DNA of 63,997 nucleotides, filler included, from Olpidium bornovanus S191 (GCA_017911155.1; 33 parts of 33 records of this genome joined end to end with filler, not necessarily neighbours in it); one strand, 5' to 3'; positions 11,325 to 23,865 are shown, counted from the whole stretch's first letter. Notes: generated by a model from the sequence alone, not told the origin. Made by a program: numbers and translations.

Positions 11325-12168
11325 TCACGTCCGCTCGAGAAGCCGGCGCGGCGGCGACTGCGGGCGCGTCGAGTAGTGCGGCGGATAACCGTGCGGGCCG
11401 GCGGCCAGCGGCCCCCCGGGAACCTCGACGACGGCGGCGGCGGGCTCGGCGCGGTGTACCACCGCTCCTCCTCCTCCTCCTCCTCCCTCTCCAAAGGCGG
11501 CGGCCGAAGGGTGCGGCCGAGCCGGCTGCGGCAACAGCTGCTGCGGGGGTGCCGAGACATCGCGCTTGTCGGCCTCGTCTTCGACGTCCGTTTCGACGTC
11601 GGTCAGGCTGGGGGCGGGGCCGGGGTTCCAAAAAAAAAAAAAAAAAAAAATGGAAAGAAAGTAAGAAAGAAAGCATCGTTCGGTGGAAGGGAAAGGTTAA
11701 ATAAAAAATCTTTTCTTTTCTTTTCCTTTTCTTTTTTCTTTTTTTTTTTCATCTATTTACTCAGATTCGAGGTCGCCGCCCACGCTCAGCGGCGGGTTCA
11801 GCAGGAGGATGAGGTCCAGAAGGTGGCTTTTCGAGCGGGGGGGCGGGGGAGGGATTTTCCGCCGAGACCGCGCGGGGAAGCCAGAAGGAGTCGGGAGGGA
11901 GAAGAGAGAGAAACGGCGTCAGAAAACAAAAAAAATGCAAAAAAATGCAAAAATGAAAAAAAAGCAACCCCCCTGTCTTTTCGCCTCCCTCCCTCCCTCC
12001 CTCCCTCGCTCCCTCGCCTCGCCCGCCTCCCTTCTCTCACTTGTTTTCCTCCTTCAGCCGCTTGACCCTGTGGGACTCGGCCCTGAGCTTCGCCAGCGCG
12101 TCGTCCCTCTTGCTGGCGACCTGCATGAAGTGCTCGCGCAGCTCGTAGTACTGCTCCTTGCGGTTCAT
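11325..12168 (-). CDS. Coiled-coil protein resembling INO80 complex subunit Iec3/INO80E; three exons
   Basis: Spliced MNRKEQYYELREHFMQVASKRDDALAKLRAESHRVKRLKEENN|HLLDLILLLNPP resembles the Iec3 pattern KRL..EN..LLDLLL. Donor GTGAG at 12040. An acidic/Pro-rich C-terminus ends at 11325. Confidence 0.5.
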
Positions 12169-12323
12169 TTTTTTTTTCTTTCTTTTTTTCTCTATTTTCT
12201 CTTTCCGTTCTTCCCAAGAGGCGAAGGGCGGGGACGGCGGAGCGGGCGGGCGGGGGAGGGAGAAGAAGGCGGGGGTGTGTGTGTGTGTGTGTGTGTGTGC
12301 GGGTGTGCGTGAGCGGTGCGCGT

Positions 12324-12363
<40 letters not shown>

Positions 12364-12626
12364 CGTGGGGGGGGGGGGGGGGGGGGTGGGGGGGGGGGAA
12401 GGGGGGGGGGGGGCGGGGCCTCCCAATGCACCAAGCGCATAATTTCCCCAGGGCATTAATTGCCCGACAGCGGACCAACCAACACCAACACCCCATCTCC
12501 GGGCGAAATCGGTATAGCATGAAGCCNNNNNNNNNNNNNNNNNNNNNNNNNNNNNNNNNNNNNNNNNNNNTTAATTAATTAANNNNNNNNNNNNNNNNNN
12601 NNNNNNNNNNNNNNNNNNNNNNNNNN

Positions 12627-13711
12627 CCTGCTGAGGGAGCCGGGGTCCAGGGACCCGACAATACCTCCAGGATCCCGCCGACGGGGGCGGTGAGGTCCAT
12701 TTCCACCTCTTCCTCGTCGACGGAATCCCTGATACAAACGGGAACAAATCAAATTACAATGATTAGATTCCTCACGCCAAAATGGATAAAATCGTCCAAA
12801 TTCAAATAATTATCGGTTAGTATTTACTTACTGGTCGGATATTGTCGGATCCGCAGGGATGGCGGCGGCGGCGGTGCGGGCGGGCGTGCCGGCGGGGGTG
12901 CCGGCAGTGGTGCGGGCGGCGAGGCGGGCGGGCGTGCCGGCGGAGGTGCCGGCGGGGGTTCCGGCGGCGGCGAGGGGGGCGACGGAGGCTCTGGCGGCGG
13001 CGAGGCGGGCGGGCGTGCCGGCGGGGGTGCCGGCGTGGTGCGGGCGGCGAGGCGGGCCGGCGGGCGGGCCGGAGGGGGTGCCGGCGGGGGCGGCGGGCGT
13101 GCGCACGGGCGGGGTGGCGGTGGCGGCGCGGAACAGGCCGGCGGCGGCGGTGCGCACGGGCGGGCCGGCCGTGAGGGCGCGGACCGGCGCGGGGTGGGCG
13201 GCGGCGGTGACAGCGAGGGTGACGGCGACGGCGAGGCCCACCGCCAGGGCGGCGTCGGTGGCGGCGGAGGCGGGGTCGGGGACGGAGGGAGAGAGGGCGG
13301 GGGCGGAGTCGGGGACGGAGGGAGAGAGGGCGGGGGCGGCGGCGCGGGGTTCGCCCGGCGCCGCGTGCGGCGGCCGGGCTCATCAGCGCCGCCGGCGGCG
13401 TCGTCGCCTTCCCGCGACCGCTTGCGGGCGAGGCGGCGGCCGCGTGGGCGACGGGCGCCCCGCGCAGGGCTCCGGAGAGCGTAGCCAGCCGCCCGGAGAG
13501 ACGGGGCGGCCCGGCGGGCGGAGCCGGGCTCACGCGCCGCCGGGTACGCCGCGCGTCTCCGTCCCCGGCGCACGGATCGCGCGGGCGCTTCCTGGGGTTC
13601 TCGGGGGCGCCCCAGGTCGCGGTGGGGATGGTCCGGGCGGCCGGCACCCGCGCGGGGGCCTTCAGCGGCCGCGAGCCTCGCCGCGAGCCTTTCCGAGGGA
13701 CGAGGAGCCAT
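12627..13711 (-). CDS. Hypothetical Pro/Arg/Ala-rich low-complexity protein with GC-rich internal repeats
   Basis: ATG at 13711 follows a (CA)n tract. Open frame to about 12830 with a possible donor, and an acidic exon (DSVDEEEVEMD) near 12730. Repeats of GGCGGGCGTGCCGGCGG at 12870-13110. Confidence 0.3.
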
Positions 13712-13991
13712 GCTGGGTTGGTGGGGTGGCGGTGTGTGTGTGTGTGTGTGTGTGTGTAGGAAGGGGCGGGGTGTGCGGGGTGCGCGTGGGTCTCCCTGTT
13801 GCTGTTGTTGTTGTTGTTGTTGTTGTTGTTTTCTCTTCCTTTTTTTTGGTTTCTCTCCCCCGTCCCTGTCTCTTTGCTCTCTTTCTGCTGGGGAGAAAAA
13901 AAAAAAAAAAAAAAAAAAACAAAAAAAAGGGCCCCCCCGGGGCTGCGAGGACGGCGGCCCCTTTATACCCCGCGGCTTTCCTTCTTTCCCC

Positions 13992-14083
<92 letters not shown>

Positions 14084-14422
14084 CAACGAAGNNNNNNNNN
14101 NNNNNNNNNNNNNNNNNNNNNNNNNNNNNNNNNNNTTAATTAATTAANNNNNNNNNNNNNNNNNNNNNNNNNNNNNNNNNNNNNNNNNNNNAGAAGCACG
14201 CTGTTCCGGCGCGACCGCAGGTCCTCCTCGCCCGCGGGCTCCTCGGCATCGGAGGACGACGCGAGACGGTTGACGGCGGCGGCGGCGGCGGCGGGGGGGG
14301 CGGCGGGGGGGGGGGGCGGGGGGGGGGGGGGGGGGGGGGAGGTGAGGTTCAACCAGGTCAAACCCGGGCAGGCTTTTTTTTAAACGCGCCAGCGACGGCG
14401 AAACAAAGGCTTTTTTTTTTAC

Positions 14423-14545
14423 CGCGGCCCTCGCGATCCTGCCTTTTCTTGGCGATCTTCGCTTTCACGTCGTCGATCTCTCCCTTGCAGGCGTTGACGT
14501 TTTCGGCCAGGTCTCGCGCCACCAGCTTTTTCTCTTTGAGAGTGT
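14423..14545 (-). CDS. Internal coiled-coil exon resembling the kinesin-9 (KIF9/KIF6) tail
   Basis: CAG...GT-bounded 123-nt exon encoding DTLKEKKLVARDLAENVNACKGEIDDVKAKIAKKRQDREGR, similar in pattern to the KIF9 segment IN..K.EID..K..L...K..RE. Confidence 0.4.
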
Positions 14546-17323
14546 CTGCGGAGAGTGAGAGTCGAGAGTGGGGGGGGTTTAGGTGGGGTGGGGGGGAGGG
14601 GGGGGAGGGGGGCCCGGGGTCAGAGAGGATAAAAGCTTTCGCGTTCCGCCATAAATAAAAAAGAAACACGTCTGCGAAAAAAAAAAGAAAACAACGCGCA
14701 ACGGACCAAAAAAAAAAACCACCGGCGCAAACTGGTACCCCACGCCCCCCACTCTCCCCTCTCTTTCGGTTTCCCTCTCGGGGAGAACGGCCAACGTCCA
14801 GCGCGTCCCCCTCTAGCACCACCACCCCCCCCCCCCCCCCCCCCCCTTCCTTTACCCCCCCCCCCGCCATACCGGGGGTTTCACGCTGTCGTTGCACCCG
14901 TCGGAGACCGTTGAAGGCCGACAACTGCACTCATGCCGTTCGTTTACAGCCCGGGGGAGGGAGGCCGACCTTAGGAACGTCCCCGCGCTTGCAACCCCCG
15001 TTGCGGCGCGCGGAAAGTTGAAACGCCGGGGGAACGAGCGCCCCCACCTCCCAAATCCGCCTCCCCTCGAAGCGTCGCCGAGCAGATTGGTTTCCTGCGT
15101 GACCGCCCGCCCCGTCTTTTCTGTGATTTTATTTATTTAACCGTGCGCGTGTCGAGCGGAAAGTCGGCAAAGGGCCCGGCTCTCCAAAAAAAAAAAAAAA
15201 AAAAAAAAGGGGGGGCGAAGCCGCGGGCCCCCCGCAAAACGCGGAGCCCGTGCCCGCGCGAACGTCAAAGTTAAAGAAACGGCCTAAGAAGAGTCGGGCA
15301 AATCTGGAGGAGACGTCAAGAAAAGCGTAGGGCGAAAAAATAAATTGCCAGTGAATGACCCCGCGAAAAAAAAAAAAAAAAAAAAAAACTCCCCCACCCC
15401 CCTCCACCCCCCTTCCTTGGGCGGCGCCCGGGAAAAAGCACCCGAAACCCGCGAGTGAAACGACGAGACCGTTGCGCTCACACTGCCGGAATATCTTGAG
15501 CCACTCCAGAAAACTGGNNNNNNNNNNNNNNNNNNNNNNNNNNNNNNNNNNNNNNNNNNNNTTAATTAATTAANNNNNNNNNNNNNNNNNNNNNNNNNNN
15601 NNNNNNNNNNNNNNNNNCATGGCTGACACGGTGATTCCGCCGGAAAAGAGTCCGGGCGGCTGGGCGCCACGCGCGCATCTGTGGTTGACGTCTCCGGTTA
15701 AGAGCTGGTTACTGGCACGTGGAGTCACGTGGTTTTGTGAAAATATCCCGCGAGAAACCTTTTGTGAGAGAAAGGAACGCCGCGAGGACGGCAGGTTTGT
15801 CACCCCAGGCCAATTCGCAAACGCGTCAGAACCACAACGCCTGCTTGTTTCCTCCTTTCCCCCTCCGACTGCCATAAAGATGGGGCTGGGAGCGACTTTC
15901 CGCCATTCGCCCCGGCCTTTGACAATGGTGCCTGCATCGGTGGTAATCACCTCCGGTTGGAGGGGTGTTCACAAGGGTGGGGCCACATGCTCGCGAGCTC
16001 CACGCTGATGCTCGCGCCGCTCACTGCGAGAAAAATGCCAACCTTCAGATGCTTCTCGACAAGCTTGTTGAAGCTAGTTCCGACACATATAGTAGCGAAT
16101 GACGCGGTCCCAGACAGAAACGTGAAGATGACTGCCTGGTCAAGGCCACAGCGGCCTTCGCATGAACTCGGAACTCTCCGTCGCAGACACGGATGACGAC
16201 AACAAGGAAATGGTGCAAGAAGCACGCGTCCTGCCTGTCGGGCCCACCCGACTTCAACGTGGTTGAGGCGTCGAATCACGCGACTACCTGTTGAGGACAG
16301 CCTAGGCGGTGAGCCAGCCAGATACCTCGTGTGAATTTTCCTTTTTTTTTTTAGGGCACATGGCTCGGTAATAGAACATCCGGTCTGACGTCGGACTGGC
16401 CGTTGTCGCGGTCTATGTGAACCAACCTGGACACCGTCGGAGTCCCTGCGAACAGCGGGAAAACAGCTGGAATGGCGCCTGCCTCAAGGGGAGGTGCGCC
16501 CAGACGGCGCTCCGGAGCCGACCCAGCCTCCTGCGGCCATTTCGGAGTGTCTGCGGGCCCGCCGGTGTGTTACTGTTTGCCGATTGGGGCGCTCCGACGC
16601 CCGTCGCGTTTCGGTTCCCCCCCGACTGCCCCACCCGACACGCGCCCAACGGGAGCCTGCCCAAAACGTGAGCCAAAACGCGCGCCGTCGCCCCGCCCCC
16701 GCCGTGCCGGTCTCCCGATCCTGGTCCCATCCCACCCCCGTCCCATCCCGCGGAAAATTCCGCATTGGCATCCGCGCCTTTTCGTACCGCCGCGTGGCCT
16801 TTGTCCGCCGTGCGGAGCCCTGGCGAGAAGGGCACAGCTGGGAAAAAGGAGGGTTGGCGGCTGTGAGGAATGGGGTCCGTGTTGCCGGACAACTAGCCCC
16901 TCGTGCACGAAGCTGTCGTGATTGCAAGGGGACGGGAAGGGCGGCGGCGGGAGGCCGATGCTCCCGCCGCACTGGAAAGTCTCCGGCTCTTCGAGATTTT
17001 CGCCCGCAGGAGAACTGGGATCTTCTGTACAACCACCGATGCAGTCGGCTGCTGTCGCGCCACGGTCACGCTAGGAACGTCGGCGGCTCTCGGTTGGAGG
17101 ACTCGCGGTCTGCGGGAGCAACGCGGATTGCCCGATGGACGCGCAGTCGACACGGGTCATGCCATTGCTGCATCGGGGTCTTTGACGGCCGGACTCCGTC
17201 GCGCTCGATCACCTGCAGACGGGGGCACAACCAATTGATTCCTCAGCATGGCTGACGAAGCTGCCGTTCGCCAATGCTGTTGCGCTTTCGATCGGGCGTC
17301 TCAGCAGGGAAATTGTCCCCGAA

Positions 17324-17937
17324 ATGAACCGTTACTCTGCCACGGTTTCGAGATCTGAGAAGGGTACGCCGCGTTTCTGGCCGGTGGCGACAAAATCCTG
17401 CACCACTGCTGAAAGGCTTTTGAACAAGTTTTGCTCAACACGCGTTTTATCACGTTGTGCGCCGGCTTTTAACTGCAGCCGCGAAAGCTCGGGGCTCGCA
17501 CCTGCGCGTGCACTTTAAAAACACCCGCGAGGCTGCCGCCGCCATCAGCGGCATGAAGCTTTCAAAGGCTCTCTCTTATCTGGAGGATGTGAAGGGGCAC
17601 AAGCAGTGCGTGCCCTTCCGCCGATTTGCTGGCGGCGTAGGCCGCACTGCCCAGGCGAAAGCCTTCAAGACCACTCGCGGCCGCTGGCCCGCGAAGAGCG
17701 CTGAGTTCCTCATCGGCCTCCTGAAGAACGCCGAGAGCAACGCGGAGGTTCGAACTGCGCACCCGGGGCCGCCTTGGGAAAACCTGACGCCTCCTTTTGA
17801 TCGTCGCGCCGAAAATTCTAACAGGCCTCCGTTTGGCAAATCCAGGTCCAGGGCTTAACCAAGGACGATCTCGTCGTCAAACACATCCAGGTTAACCAAG
17901 CTGCGAAGCAGCGCCGGCGTACATACCGCGCACATGG
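17324..17937 (+). CDS. RPL17: 60S ribosomal protein L17 (uL22), 3' partial; join(17324..17363,17479..17747,17846..>17937)
   Basis: MNRYSA...[52 protein letters not shown] and [19 protein letters not shown]; GT-AG introns. Confidence 0.97.
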
Positions 17938-18669
17938 NNNNNNNNNNNNNNNNNNNNNNNNNNNNNNNNNNNNNNNNNNNNTTAATTAATTAANNNNNNN
18001 NNNNNNNNNNNNNNNNNNNNNNNNNNNNNNNNNNNNNATGCGATCCCAGAACATCGCTCGCCTTACGTTTAGACCTACATGCCTCTCGCTCCTCGTACGT
18101 GCAATGGCTTGCATCGTCAATTTTTGCGAGTGTGTTCAAGAGTCACGGACAGCCCATGTATTAGGCTCCTCGAAGAACTTGACTGAAAGTCGGAAGTGGG
18201 GATTTCCAGTATTGCGGGCGCGTTCGAAGACTTCCAAGCAATACGCCGAGGGGCCTTTGGGGACTCAAGCTGAAAAGACTTCCGTTGCCGCTTCGGTGAT
18301 TGGGTGCCGCCAAGCTCCCCCGCTTCCTTCTCGTCCACGGCGCTTGCTTCATCATAGCCAGGCCGCGAACCTTCAGGTGCTGGTGTGCTTGGAAACGGTT
18401 CCTCGTTCTCCTGATATTCCTCCTGAAGCTCATGCAATCTCTTGTTCCTGCCGCCGGCAAGGGCGACATCCACAACCTCAGCGTGGGCAAAGTTGTGCGT
18501 TGCGATGGTGTCGCTGATCTCTCTTTTCACAGCGAGAAATTCCGATCTGCTCTTCGGGTACGGTAAACGACGCAGAGCCAGAGCAAGCGTCAGCAGCGAT
18601 CGTTTTCCGAGCGTGCCCTCCCCATGCACCGCGTCGGTTACCTTCACTCCCTGGGCATAGGGAGAGCTG

Positions 18670-18912
18670 CCTGGACAGACCGTTCCGTGGGAACGCGCCC
18701 GACAGCCGGACAGGTGCTATGGTATGGGTCCCATCGATAACCCTGCCAGGTTGTCTCCCTGGCCAATGTGAAAGCTGACGAAGGAGACCCCCAAGGCTAA
18801 CCGACACACCGTGGAAAGCGCGCGATGGCAACCTAGGCAGACTGTCCCGTGGGGACACGCCCAGTCGCTGGAGAGGCGCAATGGTCTGGGTCCCAGCGAT
18901 CACCCTCCCAGG
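18670..18912. repeat. Two imperfect about 81-bp direct repeats, 162 bp apart
   Basis: cctggacagaccgttccgtgggaacgcgccc...gggtcccatcgataaccctgccagg (18670) versus cctaggcagactgtcccgtggggacacgccc...gggtcccagcgatcaccctcccagg (18832). Confidence 0.7.
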
Positions 18913-19204
18913 GACGCCGCTGGCCCTGCCCAAGCGGACAGAACAAACGACGCTCCCTCGAACCGAAAAGGTTCGACAATCACGCACACCCAGGATCGGC
19001 ACGCTCACTTCCTCACGCTTCCGTTCGGTCAGTATGTGAAGCGCGCCGTCTTGGCGTCCCTCTCGTCCTCGGAGCTGTTGCCCTGGGGCAGAGCGTTGAT
19101 CCCAGACAGCAGTTGGCGGCACGCGCTGCGGATGCCCCGCACGTACGCCCGCGGGTTTCGCCTTTTTTTTTTTTTTGTTTGGGGACCGGGGGGCGGGGAG
19201 GGGG

Positions 19205-19255
<51 letters not shown>

Positions 19256-19963
19256 TCTTTCCTCCGTTGGCGGCAATGCGCGCGCTCGCATCTTTTTTTT
19301 TTTTTTTTCGCGCAGCGCCGGGCGAGACTTTATTTTCTCTATCTCTATCTATAACGAAATGCCATCATCCTCCTGCCATCCTCTGTCTCCGTTCACCGAA
19401 ATGGACTTCTAAGTGTTCCTGACACCAATGCTAATCATTGTCTTGAGCCTCGTACCATTGAGGAGACCCCGCTCTGCTAAATGCACCTCTTTGCTAAACC
19501 TTACTCTTTTCTTTCTCCATTGCAGCGGTTCGGGTCCGCCGCGAAGTTGGCCTACTCCTCCATTTGAAAATACGCGAGCCATCTTGCGATGACGAACTTT
19601 GAGCACAAACTTCTTCCTCCAAGACAAGAACCTACAAACAGGTTAGATACGCAGAACCTGACGCAGAATCTGAATCCTCCGTAGAATCCGAGGCAGAATC
19701 AATTGCGGGATTTGCGGATCCACCATCCATAATCCCCGTCACAGTCACAAGTTTCTCTGCGTCGACCTCCTTGCCCGGAGTCCTTGTTGGCCCGGCGGAC
19801 TAGTTTTAGAGTTCATCTTAATTTACCGACCTCGCCGAACGGTACGGACAGCAACTGTTCATGNNNNNNNNNNNNNNNNNNNNNNNNNNNNNNNNNNNNN
19901 NNNNNNNTTAATTAATTAANNNNNNNNNNNNNNNNNNNNNNNNNNNNNNNNNNNNNNNNNNNN

Positions 19964-21435
19964 CATGAACCACGTGCAAGCTCGGGCGCGGCGCGCCGAG
20001 GAAGACTACGAAATGATGTGTCGCCGGAAGAGGGAGCGACTGCATCGAAAGTTTGTGGAGCGTTACCGCCGGCACGTTGAGGCGGAGCGCGCCCGGGATG
20101 AGATCACCCGGCGCGCCGTAGAGGAAGAGCGCAAGCGGCGCGAAGCGGAGGAGGCACGGCGCCGGGAGGAGGAGCGGCGAGCGGCCGAGGAGGCGGCGCG
20201 GGCAGAGGCCGAAGCTAAGCAGGCCGCCCGGCGGGCGAGGGAGCGCAGACTTCGAAGGCAGCGGAGGAGGGAAAGGGAGCAGCGGGAGGCCGAATTGGAG
20301 AGGAGAAGGAAAGCCGAGGAGCTCGAACGGCAGATGGAGCTCGAAAGGCAGATGGAGCTCGAGCGACAACGGGAGGCGGAAGCGCAGAAGGAAAAAGACC
20401 GCGCGGCGATGCAGAAGAAGAAGGGGAAAGGGAAAAGCAAAGACAAGGGGAAGGGGAAGGAGGACCACAAAAAGGTGGCCGAGAGTGTCCTCGATGAGGA
20501 GACTATCAAGCGGATGGTAGAGGACGCTATCCGCCTGAAGCGCGAGCAGGTGATGGAAAATCGCCGGGCAAGGATTTGGAGTACGATCTGCCAGAAACAT
20601 ATTCCCAGGGTGGGTCCGCGGGCATCGTTTTTTCGCGCTTTCACGTAGGACGACATCGGTTTGGCCTGTTCGCCTGTTTGCTTATGTGCACCGTCTCTTT
20701 CCATTTTTTGCTGGATGCAGATGGCGAAGGTCGTCAACCAGAGTGCCTCATCTCGAGTCACTAATTGCAAACGCATTGCTCAGTGTTGCCAGCGCGAACA
20801 GAGGAAGAACAACAACAAGGCGAACAGGGCTCAAAGGGACATCACCATCCGCGCCCGGCGTTCCGCGAAGGAGGTGCGTAAGTCGAGCGATATGCATCCG
20901 CTTTTCAAATCTAGTATGATATTGGCCGATGTTGGCAGCCATGGAGCTTACGGGTTTGCGGCGGCCAGATGCTCGTGTTCTGGAAGAAAAACGAAAAAGA
21001 GGAACGCGAACAGCGGAAAAAGGCCGAAAGGGAGGCCGTGGAAAAGGCAAAGGCGGAAGAGGAACTGCGCGAGGCACGGCGCCAAGCAAGGAAGCTTAAT
21101 TTCCTTATTACTCAAACGGAGCTTTACAGCCATTTTGTCGGGAAAAAAATTGGCAGTAAGTCGGTCTGTCCCTCCGCATTCTCTTTTGGAACATCGCTGG
21201 ACAAGCACCCCTGATGTGTAAAGCGAGGACTATGTGATTGCCGTGATTTTTATGATCTCCTTACCTTAAACCTAATTAGCCGAGGAGGCTATGAAGCCTT
21301 CGCCCGGCGAAAACTTCGAGATTCCTCCGCCGGCATTGTCGGCGGAGTCTGCCTACCCCTGGCCAGATCACCGCGATGACATGGACATCGTTGGGAACGT
21401 TGTTCCTTCCTTTAGCGAAATTGATTTCGATGATG
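19964..21435 (+). CDS. INO80: Chromatin-remodelling ATPase INO80, N-terminal DBINO region, partial; exons 19964-20609, 20721-20873, 20969-21155, 21280-21435
   Basis: [12 protein letters not shown]|[12 protein letters not shown]|[20 protein letters not shown] and [30 protein letters not shown] are diagnostic DBINO motifs; canonical splice sites. Confidence 0.93.
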
Positions 21436-21620
21436 GTGCGTGTACAATCGTTTTGTTGCGTGTAATCTCCGAAACATTTCGCCTGAAAGAATCTGTATCG
21501 NNNNNNNNNNNNNNNNNNNNNNNNNNNNNNNNNNNNNNNNNNNNTTAATTAATTAANNNNNNNNNNNNNNNNNNNNNNNNNNNNNNNNNNNNNNNNNNNN
21601 CCCCCCTTTTTTTTTTTTTT

Positions 21621-21659
<39 letters not shown>

Positions 21660-22548
21660 CCGCCGGGGTGTTTCTTTTTTTTTTTTTGTTCTTTTTTTCC
21701 CTTGTATCCCCCATCCCCTCTCCCCACCCATTTACCCCCGCCCCGGCCGCCGCCGCCGCCCCCGCGCCCTCCCCCGTCGCTCGTGCCCACGTCCAAACCT
21801 TCCGCCCCCGTTCCCGCGTGCTCGCGGCCCCGCCCGCTCGCGCTTTTGTTTTTTTCTCTCTCTCTCTTTTTCCCGGCGAAACCACCCCGCTCCCCCCCGC
21901 GCGCCTTCTCCACCCGCCCACGCAGGCTATAATTGTAACACGCACGCCAAAAGCAATCAAACAAAAATAATCTGCACGTCAAGAGACGCGCGCCCCACAC
22001 CGCGGATTCGCCGCGGGCCGCAACATTAGCGGCTAGGGGGAGGGAAGAGGGGAAGGGGGGGCGGCGAGGCGGTTTTCGCGAGTCGCGCGCGCCTGTCGCC
22101 TCGTGTCCCTTCACCTCCCAAAAAACCCCCCCGTTTTCCCCCTTTTTCCCCCCGTTACCCCCGGCTTTTCCAGGCGCCAGCAGCCTCCGTTTTCCGCCTC
22201 CGACAGGGAGACCTCCATCCGGCTCGTTCGATCGACGCGAAGTCGGAAAGAACGAGGAAAAATCGGGGCGCGTTTGGAGCGCACCGCTCTCCGAGTTCCC
22301 CCCCCCCCCCGGCGTTGTCCGCGAGGAGCGTAACGCTGCTGCCGCGCGGACTTTTCACCACCTGCGCAGACTGGCCCGTGCGGGGTGTCACGCGGCCCCG
22401 CCGCGTGGCCCACGAAGGCACGCTCGTCGTGTTCCCCCCCCCCCCCCCCCCCCCCCCCCCCGCCGGGGAAAAAAAAAAAAAAAAAAACCCCCCCCTCCCC
22501 CCCCCCCCCCCTCCCACGCCCACGCGTCGAGGATACACGAAACAAAAG

Positions 22549-23865
22549 CTACTTCCCCGACGCGGAGAGTTTGCTCCCAGCGCCGCCGTTGTTCCCCGCC
22601 GCCTTCGCGGCCCTCTCCAACGCCTGAGCCAGCCTTCTCACCCCCTCCTCGCCGCCGGACTGGAGGTGCACGACGAGCCGGAGCTCAAACTCGTCGCGGT
22701 CGCCGTACCCGACGATGTCGATCATCTCGGACTCGACCGCGGCGGCCAGGTCCGCGACGGGGACGCCGAACGGCCGGGAGGACGCCCACACCATGTTCGT
22801 CTCGGTCGGCTGCGTGATCAGGAACCCGCTTTCCGAGAGGAGGCGCGCCAGCGTGCGCGCCTCGGCGTGCGTCCGCCGGAGCTCGCCGGGGAAGTTGGTG
22901 TCCAGCGCGTGCGCGGCCGCCGCGGCCACCAGGCCGGCTTGGCGCCAGCTGCGGGAGCCGTGGGGTGGGGCGGCGGGGGGGCGGGGGTTTCCGGCGACGT
23001 TTCTCGCCGAGTGAGCGTCAGGACGCGAAGGGTTTTCTTCTCAGGCCCGGGAAAGGAGAAAAAGGCGAAAGCGGCGCCGTCTCACCCTCCGCCGAACAGC
23101 TTGCGCAAGTGCCTGGCCTTCCCGATGAAGCGCTTCTCTCCTGTTTCCGTGCGAAGAAGGGTGGTTTAGAAATGGGATGGGGCGGACGAATCGATCTGGA
23201 CGTCCCGTCCTGTTGATACCCGGGGCGCGGACACGAGCGGAGGGCCGCTGGCTTACCTACTAAAACCGACCCCACCGGAGCTCCTAGTCCTGTGAAAATC
23301 CGCAATGTTTTTCAGCGGCGTTCGGGGAGAACGGGCGGCCGCGGGATCAACCGACCTTTCGACATGCAGAGCGACGCCTTTCGGGGGATCCAAAGAAACG
23401 GACGTCAGGAGAGCGGGGGTTGGGGGAGAGGGGGGGAAGGCGAACCCAGTCGCGCCGGAACCGGAAGGCGGAACAGCAGGCGAAAGCAGGGCCGCAAACG
23501 CACCGAGTCGAAATGCTCGCAGTAGTCGTCGAGGGAAATTCCCGTCTCGGCGGACGCGTTCCACAGCCGCGCGCCGTCTGTCGCGGGGGGGTGCGGCGGC
23601 GGCGGCGCCGTTCGCGTCAGTCCCGCGCGGGGCGCGGTTCGGCGCGTTGCCAGCGACGCGGGAAAAACCCCGTACCGAGATGAAGCCGTATGCCCCGCTC
23701 CTGCGTCAGCCCCCGAATCCGGCTGAGGAAGGGGGGGGAAGGAGGGATTTCGGAGCGTTACGCCGGGTGAGGGTGATCTGCCGACCCAAACCGAAGACGG
23801 AACGCCCGGCGGTTCCGGCGAGTTTCCTGCCAGCAAACTCACCGAATCTCGTCGATCGGCATGAT
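22549..23865 (-). CDS. Low-specificity L-threonine aldolase (PLP-dependent, Gly1-like), 5' partial, multi-exon
   Basis: IMPIDEIR, DGARLWNASAETGISLDDYCEHFDS|ASLCMSKG|LGAPVGSVLVG, ARHLRKLFGGG|WRQAGLVAAAA and TETNMVW. Confidence 0.9.

Noticed and set aside
12158-14361. Many long ORFs rich in poly-Pro, Gly, Lys and Phe, and ORFs ending in X...LIN
   Set aside because: They are translations of homopolymer tracts, GC-rich antisense frames or the spacer, not genes.
11325-21435. Two INO80-complex genes (Iec3-like and INO80) within 10 kb, suggesting a cluster
   Set aside because: They lie on different contigs separated by artificial spacers, so their order is arbitrary.
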